A stretch of 64,000 nt of DNA from the human T2T-CHM13v2.0 reference genome, Homo sapiens, in assembly GCF_009914755.1 (NCBI RefSeq), contig NC_060930.1. The stretch is one strand, 5' to 3'. Below, piece after piece: positions 17,086 to 34,830 of this stretch (positions are counted from its first letter, which is position 1; each line of letters opens with the position of its first letter). The position numbers and the translations under genes were made by a program. The notes under the pieces are model-generated. The model did not search any database, had not been told where the DNA came from, and saw nothing but the letters and a program-made list of their open reading frames with translations.

Positions 17086-17652
17086 CAGCTAGAAGAGAGG
17101 ATTTTGAATATTTCCAACACAAAAAAATGATAAATGTTTGAGGTGAATATACTAATTACCCTGAATTGATCATTATAAAATTATAAATTGATAATTTATA
17201 ATCAATCAATTTATATAAATTCAATCAATCAATTGAATTTGTAATCAAAAATCACTGTACACCCCACAAATCTGTACAATTATGTGTCAGTTAAAAAAAT
17301 AAAAAGGAAAAATAGCAATAATTACATGGGCAAATAGAGCTTGATAGGGCTGTAAAAAAATCTGATCTTCAGAGGAATGTAAAACTAATATACACAAAGG
17401 CATCATTAACCAATAATAATGAGTGGAAATAGGAAACCTCTAATTTTGATGCCCAGGACTAACTTCTTCTGACAATAGGAAAGTTTTTGTAGTTTCTGCA
17501 GGACTTGGAGCCACAAGACCTGAGTCTAAGTCCTGGCTTAGCAGCTCTCTCAGCACTTTATCTTTCTCAGCTTCAATTTATATCTATTACTTGGGGGCTG
17601 CCATGATTCTACGAGATGGCATGTGTTGAAGTGTTTTATAAAACATGAAGCC

Positions 17653-18070
<418 letters not shown>

Positions 18071-18826
18071 CTACTCCCTAACCTCAGAGACCTCAGAAAA
18101 ATCTTCTAACCATACCAGGCCTGTTTCTTTGTCATAAAAACCTCCAGGTTAAACCAGAATATCTCTAAATTTCCTTTCAACATGAGGCATTTTATAGTGT
18201 CATGAATTCAAATTGTTTGCAAAGAAAACACTATGACATCTAGTTCCAAGAACACAGAAGGTGGCATGAGTTTGAACTAGGAGGTCAGTAGAGGGATAAA
18301 AGAGATGGTCATAGTGGAGGAACTGGGGTTATCCTCCCAGAAGAGGCTGATGCGAGCTATAGAACAAGAGGTCTGTGTGGCAGGATGCCTAGTAAGAAGG
18401 TTGGGATGGGTTCATGGCTTTGGGGTAAAAGGTTGCAGGAATTTGGGAGCTGAATGAACAGGGATTATTAGGCGTTTGCGGAGGTGCAATGTTGTCCTGT
18501 GGGTAGCATATAATGCTGCAGGGATTTTGGTGGTCAGCAATGCAGGGGTGAAAGTGGCAGGAGGAGGGAGTGAATGACAATGACAGTGAAGACAAAGACT
18601 ACCTTCTAACCTTTTCTCTCTCTTGAATCCACTGGGCAGTGAGAGTGATCAAGTTAAAGTGTAAATCCCATGACTTCTCTCCCCTGCTTAAAATCTTTTC
18701 ATGGCTTTCCTTGTATTGAGATTATGCAAATTCCTTATCATTGGCTTTCAGGTCCCCAAGGGATTTGGCACTTGCCTATCTCTCCAACCACCTCCAACCC
18801 TCTGTTTCCATTCCACCTCTTCCTGA

Positions 18827-19340
<514 letters not shown>

Positions 19341-19481
19341 GATATACTTGATCTTTTGTAGCTTTTGCTTCAGTTAACACATATGTATCATTGCTTTTCC
19401 CCCCTTTATCACACTCATCCCCCTTCCATACAGCTCAAATTTGAAACTAATGTGTGTTTTATTATTCACTGTATTTATTGA

Positions 19482-20146
<665 letters not shown>

Positions 20147-20345
20147 TGTTCATAATTTTAAAGAGCAGTATTTTCAAAATTTAACAAAACCATGTTGCTC
20201 TTTCCTTTAAAAGACCTTTAATTAGTCAAGCCTGTGCATCCTTCCCAGGGAGCTTTTCCTGCCGTTGACATTGGTGGTATTCTTTTCTGCCTATGAGTTA
20301 GGCTGACCCTGCCTTTTTCAGGCATCATCCGGTATTTATCTTTGG

Positions 20346-20541
20346 TATAAAAAGTAACTGTTATTCTTGTCTTTCACTGCCAGCATTGCAGACTGGGCAT
20401 TTAAATGCTTTGGATTGTGTGTTTGGAGAAGCTAACAGCTGCATGTGCTATTTCCAATACTCTTTAAGATCCACCCAGGACGTGACCATGGGAATGCTTA
20501 TCATGTTTTTGGAGGGGAGAATCAATGTAAAATTGGTGAGT
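20346..20541 (+). promoter_or_regulatory. Candidate TATA/Inr promoter with first exon ending at donor gtgagt
   Basis: TATAAAAAG at 20346, TCA exactly 30 nt downstream (A at 20376), Kozak gaccATGG at 20488, donor TTG|GTGAGT at 20535/20536; unique sequence; motif evidence only. Confidence 0.3.
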
Positions 20542-21047
20542 AATATACAGAGGTGAAAATTAGGTGAGAAATTCTTCAACAGATTGTAGGCTTGCCATCT
20601 GATATCTAGAAAAAACTGTATTCCTCTGAGCAGCTCTCAGAATGCTCATCTGCCTGAACTTGGGGGCAGCCACAGATAGGGAGTGCTTTGGAGGCTCAGT
20701 AAGTAACATCAGTATGTTTCCAAAACAAACAAGCAAGCAAACAAATCCCACTCTCTCCTGCCTTATGCATATATTGGGGAACAAACAGCACAGTTGCATA
20801 GTCTGTAAATTACTAACCAACCAACCAAACACACAAAAAGAAAAGAAAAACCTTGATTTTTCTCTTTAAAAAGAAAACAAAAATTTGGATTAACTAGGGA
20901 GCAATGGGCAAAGTCTTCCCTTCATTGAAGCATTGAAATACACAGCTGAATTGTTTCTAGTTGTTTATATGCACCTCAAGCTCAATCAGAAATGATTCAT
21001 CAACACTGTTTGGATTAGGCTGAGAAATCCTTGTTATATTTTAATAG

Positions 21048-21096
21048 GGCCAATTTCATGGCTTTTTCTCATGGCCAATTTCATGGCTTTTTCTCA
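21048..21096. repeat. 25-bp-period tandem duplication
   Basis: ggccaatttcatggctttttctca occurs twice exactly. Confidence 0.9.
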
Positions 21097-21130
21097 AATG
21101 ACTTGCAACCCAAAGTCTAACAGAATATAA

Positions 21131-21440
<310 letters not shown>

Positions 21441-21691
21441 CTGGAATATAAAATCTCTATTTCTGTCCTTTTCATTTAATAATATTAAATTATTTTATAT
21501 TGTAAAATTTTTGTTTGGGAAGGAGTGTTTAAATTAGAATTCTCTTCCTTGGCTATAAATACTTTAAAGCCCATCACTGCTAGACTTTGACCATTGTTTG
21601 TCTGTTTTGTTGTGAGGTGTGGGGTGGGCAGGCAGCATGGTGGTATTTACTTAACTACTGGATATGAGAAGATACTTTAGGCTTGGAAGGA

Positions 21692-22080
21692 TGTAGCAGA
21701 TGCTGTCAGTGTCCTGCCCACTTCCTTTAAGACCTTATCATTTCATTGTGCTTTAGAGTTCCAACTGGTAGTATCTGGAAATGCTGGGGAGTTCATACCA
21801 ACCCCCAGAAGTCCTCAATCAGGAGCTGATGGGAGTTGGGGTATAATTACTCCAGATCCCCCATCCCTGGATGGAATGATCGTAAGGGCTATGTTTGCCT
21901 TCAGCGTTTTCTGCTGAAGTTAAATTCTAGCTTTGGCTTAACAACACATCCTTAATTAGCAATCTTCCCTTTCCTGCTCCCCTACCAGCCATCCCTTACC
22001 TCCCTAATGAACTATTTGCAATCATGTCTTTGTCTTAAGTCAAACCATATTAGGATTTGGGGGATATCTAAATCCAATAC
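21692..22080. mobile_element. Old ERVL LTR (LTR16-like)
   Basis: tgtagcagatgctgtcagtgtcctgccc...gctggggagtt...gggagttgg motifs. Confidence 0.45.
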
Positions 22081-22108
22081 AAACCTCTTACTTTTAGGTA
22101 ACATTTTA

Positions 22109-22316
22109 TTTATTTATTTTTAATTTCAATAGTTTTTGAGGAACAGATGGTTTTTGGTTACATGGGTAAGTTTTTTAGTGGTAATTTCTGAGATTTTGGT
22201 GCACCCATCATCTGAACAGTGTACACTGTACCCAATGTGTAGTCTTTTATCTCTCACCTCCCTCTGTCTCTTTCTCCCCACCCCTGAGTCCCCAACATTT
22301 ATTATATCATTTTTAT
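22109..22316 (-). mobile_element. L1PB (PB2/PB3-like) 5'-truncated 3' fragment
   Basis: tttcaatagtttttgaggaacag...gagattttggtgcacccatca; flanked by taggt(a/g)acatttta. Confidence 0.85.
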
Positions 22317-22323
22317 TAGGTGA

Positions 22324-22629
<306 letters not shown>

Positions 22630-22844
22630 TAGGTAACATTTTAATCTATTATCCTAGGTAGATACATCCTTAGAGTAATCTACTTAACAGGTACTTTATA
22701 TATTTTCACTATCTGCTAGCATATATTGCTAATTGTCTACTAAATAATGACTTTCTTTTTGAAGGGAAACCTTTTGTACATATAAGATGTAACTGAAATG
22801 ATTAAGATAGAATGAAAGCATTGGAAAAATAAGTACCTAGGTTA

Positions 22845-23460
<616 letters not shown>

Positions 23461-23816
23461 TCAATAGTGACACTTAAAGACAGAGAGGAATATGTACCAA
23501 GTGCTAAATATAGCACAAAACTTATACTTTTATTGTTACATTTCATAGCTTAGTCTATATTATAGGATAGCCAGAGACAATTTGTAATTTTAATGATGCT
23601 AAGGTCTGAGGTCAAATACCATTTAATTCACATTAATGCAAGAGCTATACATTATGGTCTGCCCCTTGAGTGTCTAGGATACCATTTAAAACAACAACAC
23701 AAAAAGGTTTTCCAGAACTGGAGATTACACATACAAAAGACACATGTAGTTTGAAAGACATGGGGTAAGCGTGACTCTCTTAGGTATGAGGGTCATTCAT
23801 TGCTTGGGTTTAGAGC

Positions 23817-24363
23817 TATCAACCTAAAATAACCAAAAGGGTCAGAGTTCAAAGAGAGTTTATTCAAGTGCAGACTTTGAGATGACCACTCAACCATCTA
23901 GGATGCACATATTCCAAAGAATGGAAGCCAGTGTTCTGAAGTGTAGAATCATGGGACCCTTTATACAGACATAGATTAAGGAAGCTTAACAGAATTTCAT
24001 GATCTTTCTATATAAGGATTAATGCATAGTTACAATGATCTGATGAATTGAGGTTGTCTTTTTCTTTCAAGAAAGGTATATTTAACAGTCCATGCTGAAG
24101 ATTTTGCATCATCTGAGTTGAATTAGGTGAAGGACAATAAAGGAGGCAGTTAATCTGGAACAAAGATCAGTGATTGGAAGAGGAAGAAGTCTTGTCTCTG
24201 GTCCTTTCTGGTCATTTACAGAACAAGAACAATGAGGAAGAGACTTGATTTAATTTAAGAAGCAGAAGTTACAACTACATGCTATGTGACTCAGATCACA
24301 GTCACATCTCTCTCAAGGTGTTTTCTGGGTTCTGGCAGCTTTTAAATTTTACTTATTTTCACA
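23817..24363 (-). mobile_element. ERV1 solo LTR (MER34-like)
   Basis: Reverse complement starts tgtgaaaataagtaaaattta and ends ttattttaggttgata; about 550 bp; polyA-signal-like tttatt near 23859. Confidence 0.6.
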
Positions 24364-24469
24364 TAGCTATAGTCTGCCCTCCAAAATGTGCTAGCTGTCC
24401 TGAAAATGCACATCCTTGGCCACATGGGTGATGGGGTCAGAGGTCATGATGGACCTGCATTCATGGTTC

Positions 24470-24784
24470 TTTTTTTAAAATTTTATTTATTTATTTATTT
24501 ATTGAGACGGAGTTTCACTCTGTCGCCCAGGCTGGAGTGCAGTGGCGCGATCTCGGCTACTGCAAGCTCCGCTTCCCGGGTTCACGCCATTCTCCTGCCT
24601 CAGCCTCCTGAGTAGCTGGGACTACAGGCGCCCACCACCACGTCTGGCTAATTTTTTTTATTTTTAGTAGAGGTGGGGTTTCACTGTGTTAGTCAGGATG
24701 GTCTTGATCTCCGGACCTCATGATCCGTCCGCCTCGGCCTCCCAAAGTGCTGGGATTATAGGCATGAGCCACCGTGCCCAGCCA
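24470..24784 (-). mobile_element. AluY
   Basis: AluY diagnostics, (TTTA)n tail. Confidence 0.92.
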
Positions 24785-24966
24785 AATTTGTAGTTCTTAA
24801 CTGGAAGTGCATTCCACCTTTGGTGGGCCAGTAGTATGTCCTGTTGATGTAGGGAAAGATGCAGAAAAAAATGGTGAGTGGGGAGTATGGGCTGAGACTG
24901 GAGACATTCTTGTTCTGCACTTATTGTCATCAGGTGGAGTTTTCTGTGAAATGAAGATGCTAATAA

Positions 24967-25371
<405 letters not shown>

Positions 25372-25579
25372 TAGGGTAATTTATTTTCCAAACCAGTACA
25401 CTTAGGAAATGAAAAAGGGTACTAAAATAATACATACAATATAATTTACATATGTTTGAATATAATTTCTAAATTATTTATATATTGGATGATAAATTAG
25501 TTTTATTATATGCATAGGCCAATAAAGTAGTTCTATTTAAAAACTTTTGAAAATGAAATTCTTTCATTTTTGTTTTAAA

Positions 25580-26685
<1,106 letters not shown>

Positions 26686-27721
26686 AATACTGCTTTTTTT
26701 GTAAAATAGACTTATTTTTAACTTCTCATAATACCTGGATCTTTTTTGAGGTTATACTGCATGTGAATAAAATTGAGGTTGACTCTTCTTCTCTGTAAAT
26801 CATAATTTACTTGAGAAATGTAATCTCTCTAGAAGAGCTAAGTTATCTGGTAAAAATGGAGTGAATTCTGCTCAATGGGAAGTGTTCTTAATTCTAATTT
26901 TTTTTGTGTTAAAATGTATAAATAATTGGCTGAAATATACTTCCTGATTACTGTTCTTTTTGCTTCCATTCAGAGTACTTTTCTTTGCTTTTACAAATAT
27001 TTTTGGAAGACAAATGTCATCACATAAATTATCTCCATTTATGATTATTCTGATGTTTCCCCAAACTGAGATGCCATAAATTCATAGGCCTTCTTAATTC
27101 TGTTCCATTCCAGTGGACAACATAAAAGTTTCTCTCCATATGTAGAAATATTCCAAAGAACAATTATAGAATCTCAAAACTAAATCTTGGACAGGATCTG
27201 AGGGCAATTCATTTATTTCCTATAACTCTGTTGCTGTAGATCGGATGTTTCAGTGTCTTCCTCTTTGCAAGTTTGGTTTTTAATAGTTGTAATTACCGAA
27301 AAACTGAAGTTTGTTTTTTGATGCTCCTTGAATTCTTTGATTAAAATTTCTAACTGATATTGAACAAAATGCACCCTAAATCTAGAGGACTAATTATGAA
27401 AAAGTTCAATATCATTGGTCAGACACAGGCTGATTTACTAAATAGTTCCAATGGATGATGGGTAGCAGAGAGGAAATAAAGTTCAGTACTGCCATGCTGA
27501 GGTGTTTTGTTTTTTTGTTTTGCAATCAACATCAACTTATCAACTTTATTAAAAAATTTTGTAGTTTAATAAGTTGGCATCTTCAAAATTTGTAAATTTT
27601 TACAAATATGGTTTCATTGCAGTTGATACAATAATGCAACTTCTTTGGAGAAATTATGACTTCATTTACACTGTAACCAACTCCAGCTGTAGTTCTGCAT
27701 CTTTAAAATTAGATGCCTTAA

Positions 27722-28336
<615 letters not shown>

Positions 28337-28817
28337 CAAGATATTGTTTTTACCATGACATCATGTTCCACCAAAATGTTTATATAGATTATCACTGCAA
28401 AAACAAATACTTTTACCTTAAATATTGAAAATTTAAATTTATAGTGAGTCATAATTATGTCAGATATGTTTCATCTTAAACAGACTACAATTCCAAAAGC
28501 TTTACATTGATTCCATGAATTAGATAAAAAAATTAAACCATTATTGGAATTAATTTAATTGATCTTTCTAGGTGAAGCCTTAGTAACACTGATATAAAAT
28601 TAGCAACAGTGAAATTTTTATAAAATTCTTCTATCAATCTTAACACATTATAGCTTTTGCTTCACTTTTCGTGCATGAACACAAAAACATGAAATAAAAA
28701 TTGGCAAAGTCAGTGTAGGAGAATAATTACTGGATCTAAATGTCATGTGAGCACCTTACACAGCTGTGTGTAATAACTTGTAAACTTTAAGTACAGGGTT
28801 CCCAAAATAGCTACTAA

Positions 28818-29129
<312 letters not shown>

Positions 29130-29163
29130 ACTGCTAATTTTTTATGTAGATTATAACACTTCA

Positions 29164-29470
29164 GGCCCACACCTGTAATCCTAGCACTTTGGGAGGCCAA
29201 GGCAGGTGGGTCACTTGAGGTCAGGAGTTCAAGACCAGCCTGGCCAATATGGTGAAACCCCATCTCTACTAAAAATACAAAAATTAGCTGGGCATGGTGG
29301 TGTGCGCCTGTAATCCCAACTACTTGGGAGGCTGAGGCAGGAGAATCAGTTGTACCTGGGAGGCGGAGGTTGCAGTGAACCGAGCTGAGATCACGCCACT
29401 GCACTCCATCCTGAGCGACAGAGCAAGACTCTGTCTCAAACAACAACAAAAACCCAAGAAAAGAAAAACA
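29164..29470 (+). mobile_element. AluSx-like
   Basis: Forward Alu with short deletion near 5' end. Confidence 0.88.
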
Positions 29471-29644
29471 AAAAACTTCTTCAGATTTGTGTTTTAGGGT
29501 TTTCATTTGCTTCTGGATATCACTTTGTCCTCCATGGGTGTGGGGAGTGGCAAATGATGACATTTTATGCAATTTCACATTCATCAACTTACTTGAGGAT
29601 AGAAAATTCCTCACTTAATATTTTACGAAGTGTAAACTTTCACT

Positions 29645-29782
29645 TTTATTTATTTACTTATAAAATAGAGATAGGGTTCTGCTATGTTGCCCAGGCTGGT
29701 CTCAAACCCCTTGGGTCAAACAATCTTCCTGCCTTGGCCTCCCAAGTGCTGGCATCACAGGTGTGAGTGATTGCACCTGGCC
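29645..29782 (-). mobile_element. Alu left monomer (FLAM-like)
   Basis: Single reverse arm. Confidence 0.75.
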
Positions 29783-30568
29783 TAAACTTTCCCTTTTGAG
29801 CTTACTGTTGTTGAAAGATTTCTTGCAAAATAAAAAAGCACCACCAAACAATAACATAATACTTTTAGATGCACCTCATAGAAGAAATAACCAAATCATT
29901 TTGGTCAGATTGGTTTCTCTGTGTCCTAAGGCAGTACTTGCAGCCTCGTTTCCCTGTACATATTCCTCACACCCCTAACCTATGATTTCTCACATATCTC
30001 AGGGACCCCACCAGCTGTGCCTTGGTGGTTCTGTGCATTTTATAGACCTGAGCATGGGCCATGGCAGACCTAGTCGGTGAATCCCAAGGGTTCAGAGCAG
30101 CAGCTGTTGGAGAGCTCTCTTGCCACCATAAGTGCTATCCTTGGACAGAGTTGAACTTGGAGGCTCTTGTCTGAGGGTCTTTTTTTTTTTTTTTTGGTAA
30201 GCAAGTGCCTTGCTGTTTTTGAAAGGGAAACGTGTTAGTTCCATTGCATGTGGAAAGGATTGGGGAAAATAGAAATGGGTCCACACTAGCCGCCTTACAG
30301 ATTTAACCGCATGTGACATCTTGGCTTGTGTGTCATACAGTACTAGACAAGACCATGGTGGAAGCTGAAAACATAAAGGGCTACTAAACCAATCCTAGCT
30401 TATTTTAGTGCAAATATTAATGGTGACTCTCCATTAAAGTGAAACAATCCAGGAAAATGTTAAACCAGACAAAATAGCAGGATAATACGCCTAAACCAGG
30501 GCTGTCCAGGGCAGAAAAAGACCCTAGTTATAAGGATGGCACATTATCTCGGGAGTTTTTGCATAGGA

Positions 30569-30583
30569 ACACTAGAGGGCGCT
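30569..30583 (+). promoter_or_regulatory. CTCF-like core motif
   Basis: acactagagggcgct vs CTCF core CCACYAGRGGGCGC; retains a CpG in AT-rich DNA. Confidence 0.45.
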
Positions 30584-31744
30584 TTAGACTATAGTTAAGA
30601 ATCCTGGTTTGATTTACAGAAGGAAACTTACTGTATCAGATTGATGTTATAAATTTCAGCAGTGGTTGGTTTATACATTGGTATTCCTAGAACATGGAAA
30701 AATGCAATACAAATGTTTTCGTGTTCCCCCTTCCCATGCTGGAGTGGTTACGATAATACTGTTTGTGTTTTACTTCAGATTAAAATCTTCAGAAGTGCCC
30801 TTTAGTTGTCAAAAGTGTCAAACACTGGGGATAAAAAGGTCACACACTGTTAGTGAGCAATGAAAATTTAGTATGATAAACTGATTCAGAAAACAACTTG
30901 CTTTGAATGTTCTTGATGTGCTAGGTATGTTTTCCTAAACCTTTTATGCAGGACACATTTAATTTTTTATTACAATTCTGTGAGATAGGCACGACTGTTA
31001 TTTACTTTGTAGATGAGGAAGCCGAGGCACTCGGTGTTGAAAAGACTGCCCAGGGTCACATGTCTTGTGCATAGATAATGTGCTGTTAACCGTTGTACTG
31101 TGCAACTGTGCAACACAGTTGCATGGATAATAATTAGTGAATAATACCTCTATGAATGAATGAATAAATATTATGTTACATAGATACTAAGCATATGGGA
31201 AAGGAGTAGGGAAAATTGCACTTCATATTTTTTTCCTAGTGGCTGGTCCAATTATTTAATGAATCCCATTCCAGCTCTCAAGAGTCCAGTGGAGTCCACT
31301 CAGGGTTGGAAATGGATTTGTCTATGTTACATTATGGCTTACCTGAAAATAGTGAATGGGAGTTCACGGTCACTCAGTCATCCAACTCTTGAGAGTCTGG
31401 CCTGGGGATGGAATAGAGGAGCATGAGGAACCAAGAGTGGGAGGAATGGGGTCCACTTTTGGAGAAAACAAGAAAAATGCAAGGAGGAAAAATTGCTTCA
31501 GCTCCCTGGCAGACTCGTTCTCTAAGACCGACTCAGGAGACGGTGGAGGCTCTCTCTGTGTCCCTCCAGGGGCTGCTCCAGGAACCAGGCTCCTTTGGGG
31601 TGACAAATACGTCCACCCCTAGTAGAACCAGAGAATATGAATAGATGCTGAAGTCCTAGGACTAAAACTGGTTTCAGTGAGGAATGGGGGAGGTCCTACT
31701 ACAGGTTGGGGAGGAATGGATGAGATTGTCCCCCTATTTAAACA

Positions 31745-32365
31745 TTTCTTTTGTTGTATTTTTTTATTATGGTAAAATATACATAATATAAAATTGACCA
31801 TTTCACCAGTTTCACATGTGCAATTCAGTGGCAATAAGTAATTCACAATGTGAATGACTTTTTTTTTTTTTTTTAAGACAAGATCTCACTCTGTTTCCTA
31901 GGCTGGAGTGCAGTGGCACTATCTTGGCTCACTGCAGCCTCCTCCTAGGCTCAAGTGATCCTGTCACTGCAGCCTCCTGAGTAGCTAGGATCATAGGTGT
32001 GTGCCACCATCCCTGGCTAATTTTTGTATTTTTTGTAGAGACAGAGTCCCACTATGTTGCCCAGGCTGGTCTTGAACTCCTGGGCTCAAACAGCTCTCCT
32101 GCCTCAGCCTCCCAGAGGTGCTGGGATTACAGGCACGAGCCTCCATGCCCAGCCTGTGAATTACTTTTTCATAATCACAAATAGCAACTCTCCATTTCCT
32201 CCTCTCCCCAACCTCTGGAAATCACCGTTCTACTTTCTGTCTCTAATGAATTTGACTACCCTAGGTACCTTGTTAAGTGGAATCATACAGTATTTGTCCT
32301 TTTGTGACTGGCTTATTTCATGTAGCCTAATGTCCTCCAGGTTCATCCATGTTGAAGCATGTGTC
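31745..32365 (-). mobile_element. L1M 3' fragment interrupted by AluJ (31858-32154)
   Basis: ggtaaaatatacataatataaaattgacc... and gtggaatcatacagtatttgtccttttgtgactggcttatttc. Confidence 0.8.
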
Positions 32366-32853
32366 AGAACTTAATTTTTTGGTTAATGTTAGAAGACTGG
32401 AGAGGAGATGGAAGGACATGTTCGGGCTTGCACTCCTTGGGTGGCAGTGGGAGAAAGACAGTAGGTGTGGGATGCCTTTCTCCTGCCCTTCAGGAAATAT
32501 CGTGCTTCCTTCTAAGGCCATCAAGTGGTGTGATTGATCAGGCAACAGAAAACCAGCCTCCCATTCCCAAAACCTATCCCCCATTCCTTCTCCATACTGC
32601 CTAAAATACACAGACTTGGAGACTGGTTTGATTTAACAATGAGAGTGCATGGGGAATTGAGGTGGGGAGAAGATGCTGTCAATTATTTACTTTATTAAGT
32701 ATTACTGTAATGTGAATTAGAATATCAGATCATTTTCCACCTCTGTCTACCCCAGTTGAACTAATGAAGCAGGAGTTATAGAGTTGGAGTGGAGAGTAGA
32801 GAAGGGATGCCATTTTGGGCACGTATATGACAGGCTCATACCACACAATGTGA

Positions 32854-33224
<371 letters not shown>

Positions 33225-33279
33225 CTAGTACCAGACCAGCTAACAATGCTGCCCTGATGCGAAGTGAAGGGGAGCTGGG

Positions 33280-33668
33280 CATGGGTGTTCACTGTGTGCC
33301 TTTCACAGGATACGTCTACTTGGAGGGTGGCCTAAAGCCTAGTTCTCCAACCTGTAACCAGGAGGGCTCTCTCACAGGAACCTTGTTTATACTGGCAGAT
33401 ACCCATGTGGCTCTTGTCTGATCGGGTCCAGTTTATGCCTGTCTGACTGTCACTCTGCTGCTGGGAGCCTGACTTTGTGCTCTCCTTGGTGCCTTGGAGA
33501 AAATCAGGCCTGGGGCAGCCCCTAGTTCTTCAGATGGAAGGTGCAAATTCAGTACAGCACCCTCATAGGAAACAAGTCCAAAGATTTTCACTTAAACAGT
33601 TCCTGGGCAGGGAGAGCACCATGAGTCTTTGGTCCCTAGGTCATGTGAGGCAGGAATGAGGGATCAGG

Positions 33669-33733
<65 letters not shown>

Positions 33734-33940
33734 CGAGAGAGCGAGAGCGAGCGCGAGCGCGAGCAGCTAGCAGTATATTTTGCATAATACAGTGTGGGCC
33801 ATTTTCAATTTGAGGGTAAATGCATGAATGGTCCCTTTAAAGGAAGCAATGGGAGAGTGGGGAGCCCAGGGGGCTAGCGGTAGAAATGCCTCTAAGTTCT
33901 TATCTCTGGCCACCAGCTCCAACCATTTGGGTGTGATGTA
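33280..33940. mobile_element. Old ERVL-type LTR (MER54-like) containing an expanded (GA)n
   Basis: aggaaccttgtttatactggcaga, aaacaagtccaaagatttt, gaaatgcctctaagttcttatctctggccacc motifs. Confidence 0.5.
33671..33764. repeat. (GA)28 microsatellite followed by a GAGC/GC mosaic
   Basis: Direct read. Confidence 0.95.
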
Positions 33941-34338
33941 GAAAAGAGAAAAAAGGAAGAAGGACAGAGGAGCCAGCTCTGCTCTTGCTGGTCTTAAGCA
34001 GGACCAGATGGGACACGCCCCCTTACGCACCCAGCTGCTGTTCTCGAAGGCACTTAAGGGCTCTAGCTCACCTGGAGTTTTGAAGGGGATGCGGAAGAGC
34101 TTGATGTTGCAGCCTTCCTCTCTCCTTGGCAGAGTCTCTGGTGATAGAGACATGGAAGAATTTTCCAAGGCTGGCCCTGGGTCAAGCAATGCAAAACAGA
34201 ATTTATTTGTGGAGAAAGTTTATGTTCCATTCAGCTGTAAGTTACAATGGCCATGACTCTGAGAGGCTGTCTCATAGGTTTATATAATTTGACACTCATA
34301 GAAGGAGAGGCCTCCTTTTACCTGAATGTTGTTCATTC

Positions 34339-34665
<327 letters not shown>

Positions 34666-34771
34666 ATTCCTAGCTTTTTATCCTTGGATTGGTTGGTGAA
34701 AAAGCAGCCAGCCTTGACTGAATTATGTGTGGAGTTGGGAGAGAGGAAGGAGGTTTCTAGGTCTGTGTTGG

Positions 34772-34830
34772 TGACCTAATTCTGTATTATGTTTTCAGCT
34801 TTGCTGACCTAATTCTGCATTATGTTTTCA
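34772..34830. repeat. 33-bp-period tandem duplication
   Basis: tgacctaattctg(t/c)attatgttttca twice. Confidence 0.85.

Larger units (their letters stand above)
15618..17305 (+). mobile_element. L1MA-type 3' region (ORF2 end + 3' UTR) interrupted by FLAM, MER9 and AluS
   Basis: gcagcactattcacagtagccaagatatggaatcaacctaagtgtcca...; sequence resumes collinearly after each insertion. Confidence 0.85.

Noticed and set aside
31101-31123. Short perfect hairpins (tgcaactgtg-caa-cacagttgca; also ~27588-27607 and 48419-48440)
   Set aside because: Stems of 9-10 bp are too short for miRNA precursors and plausibly arise by chance or local template switching.
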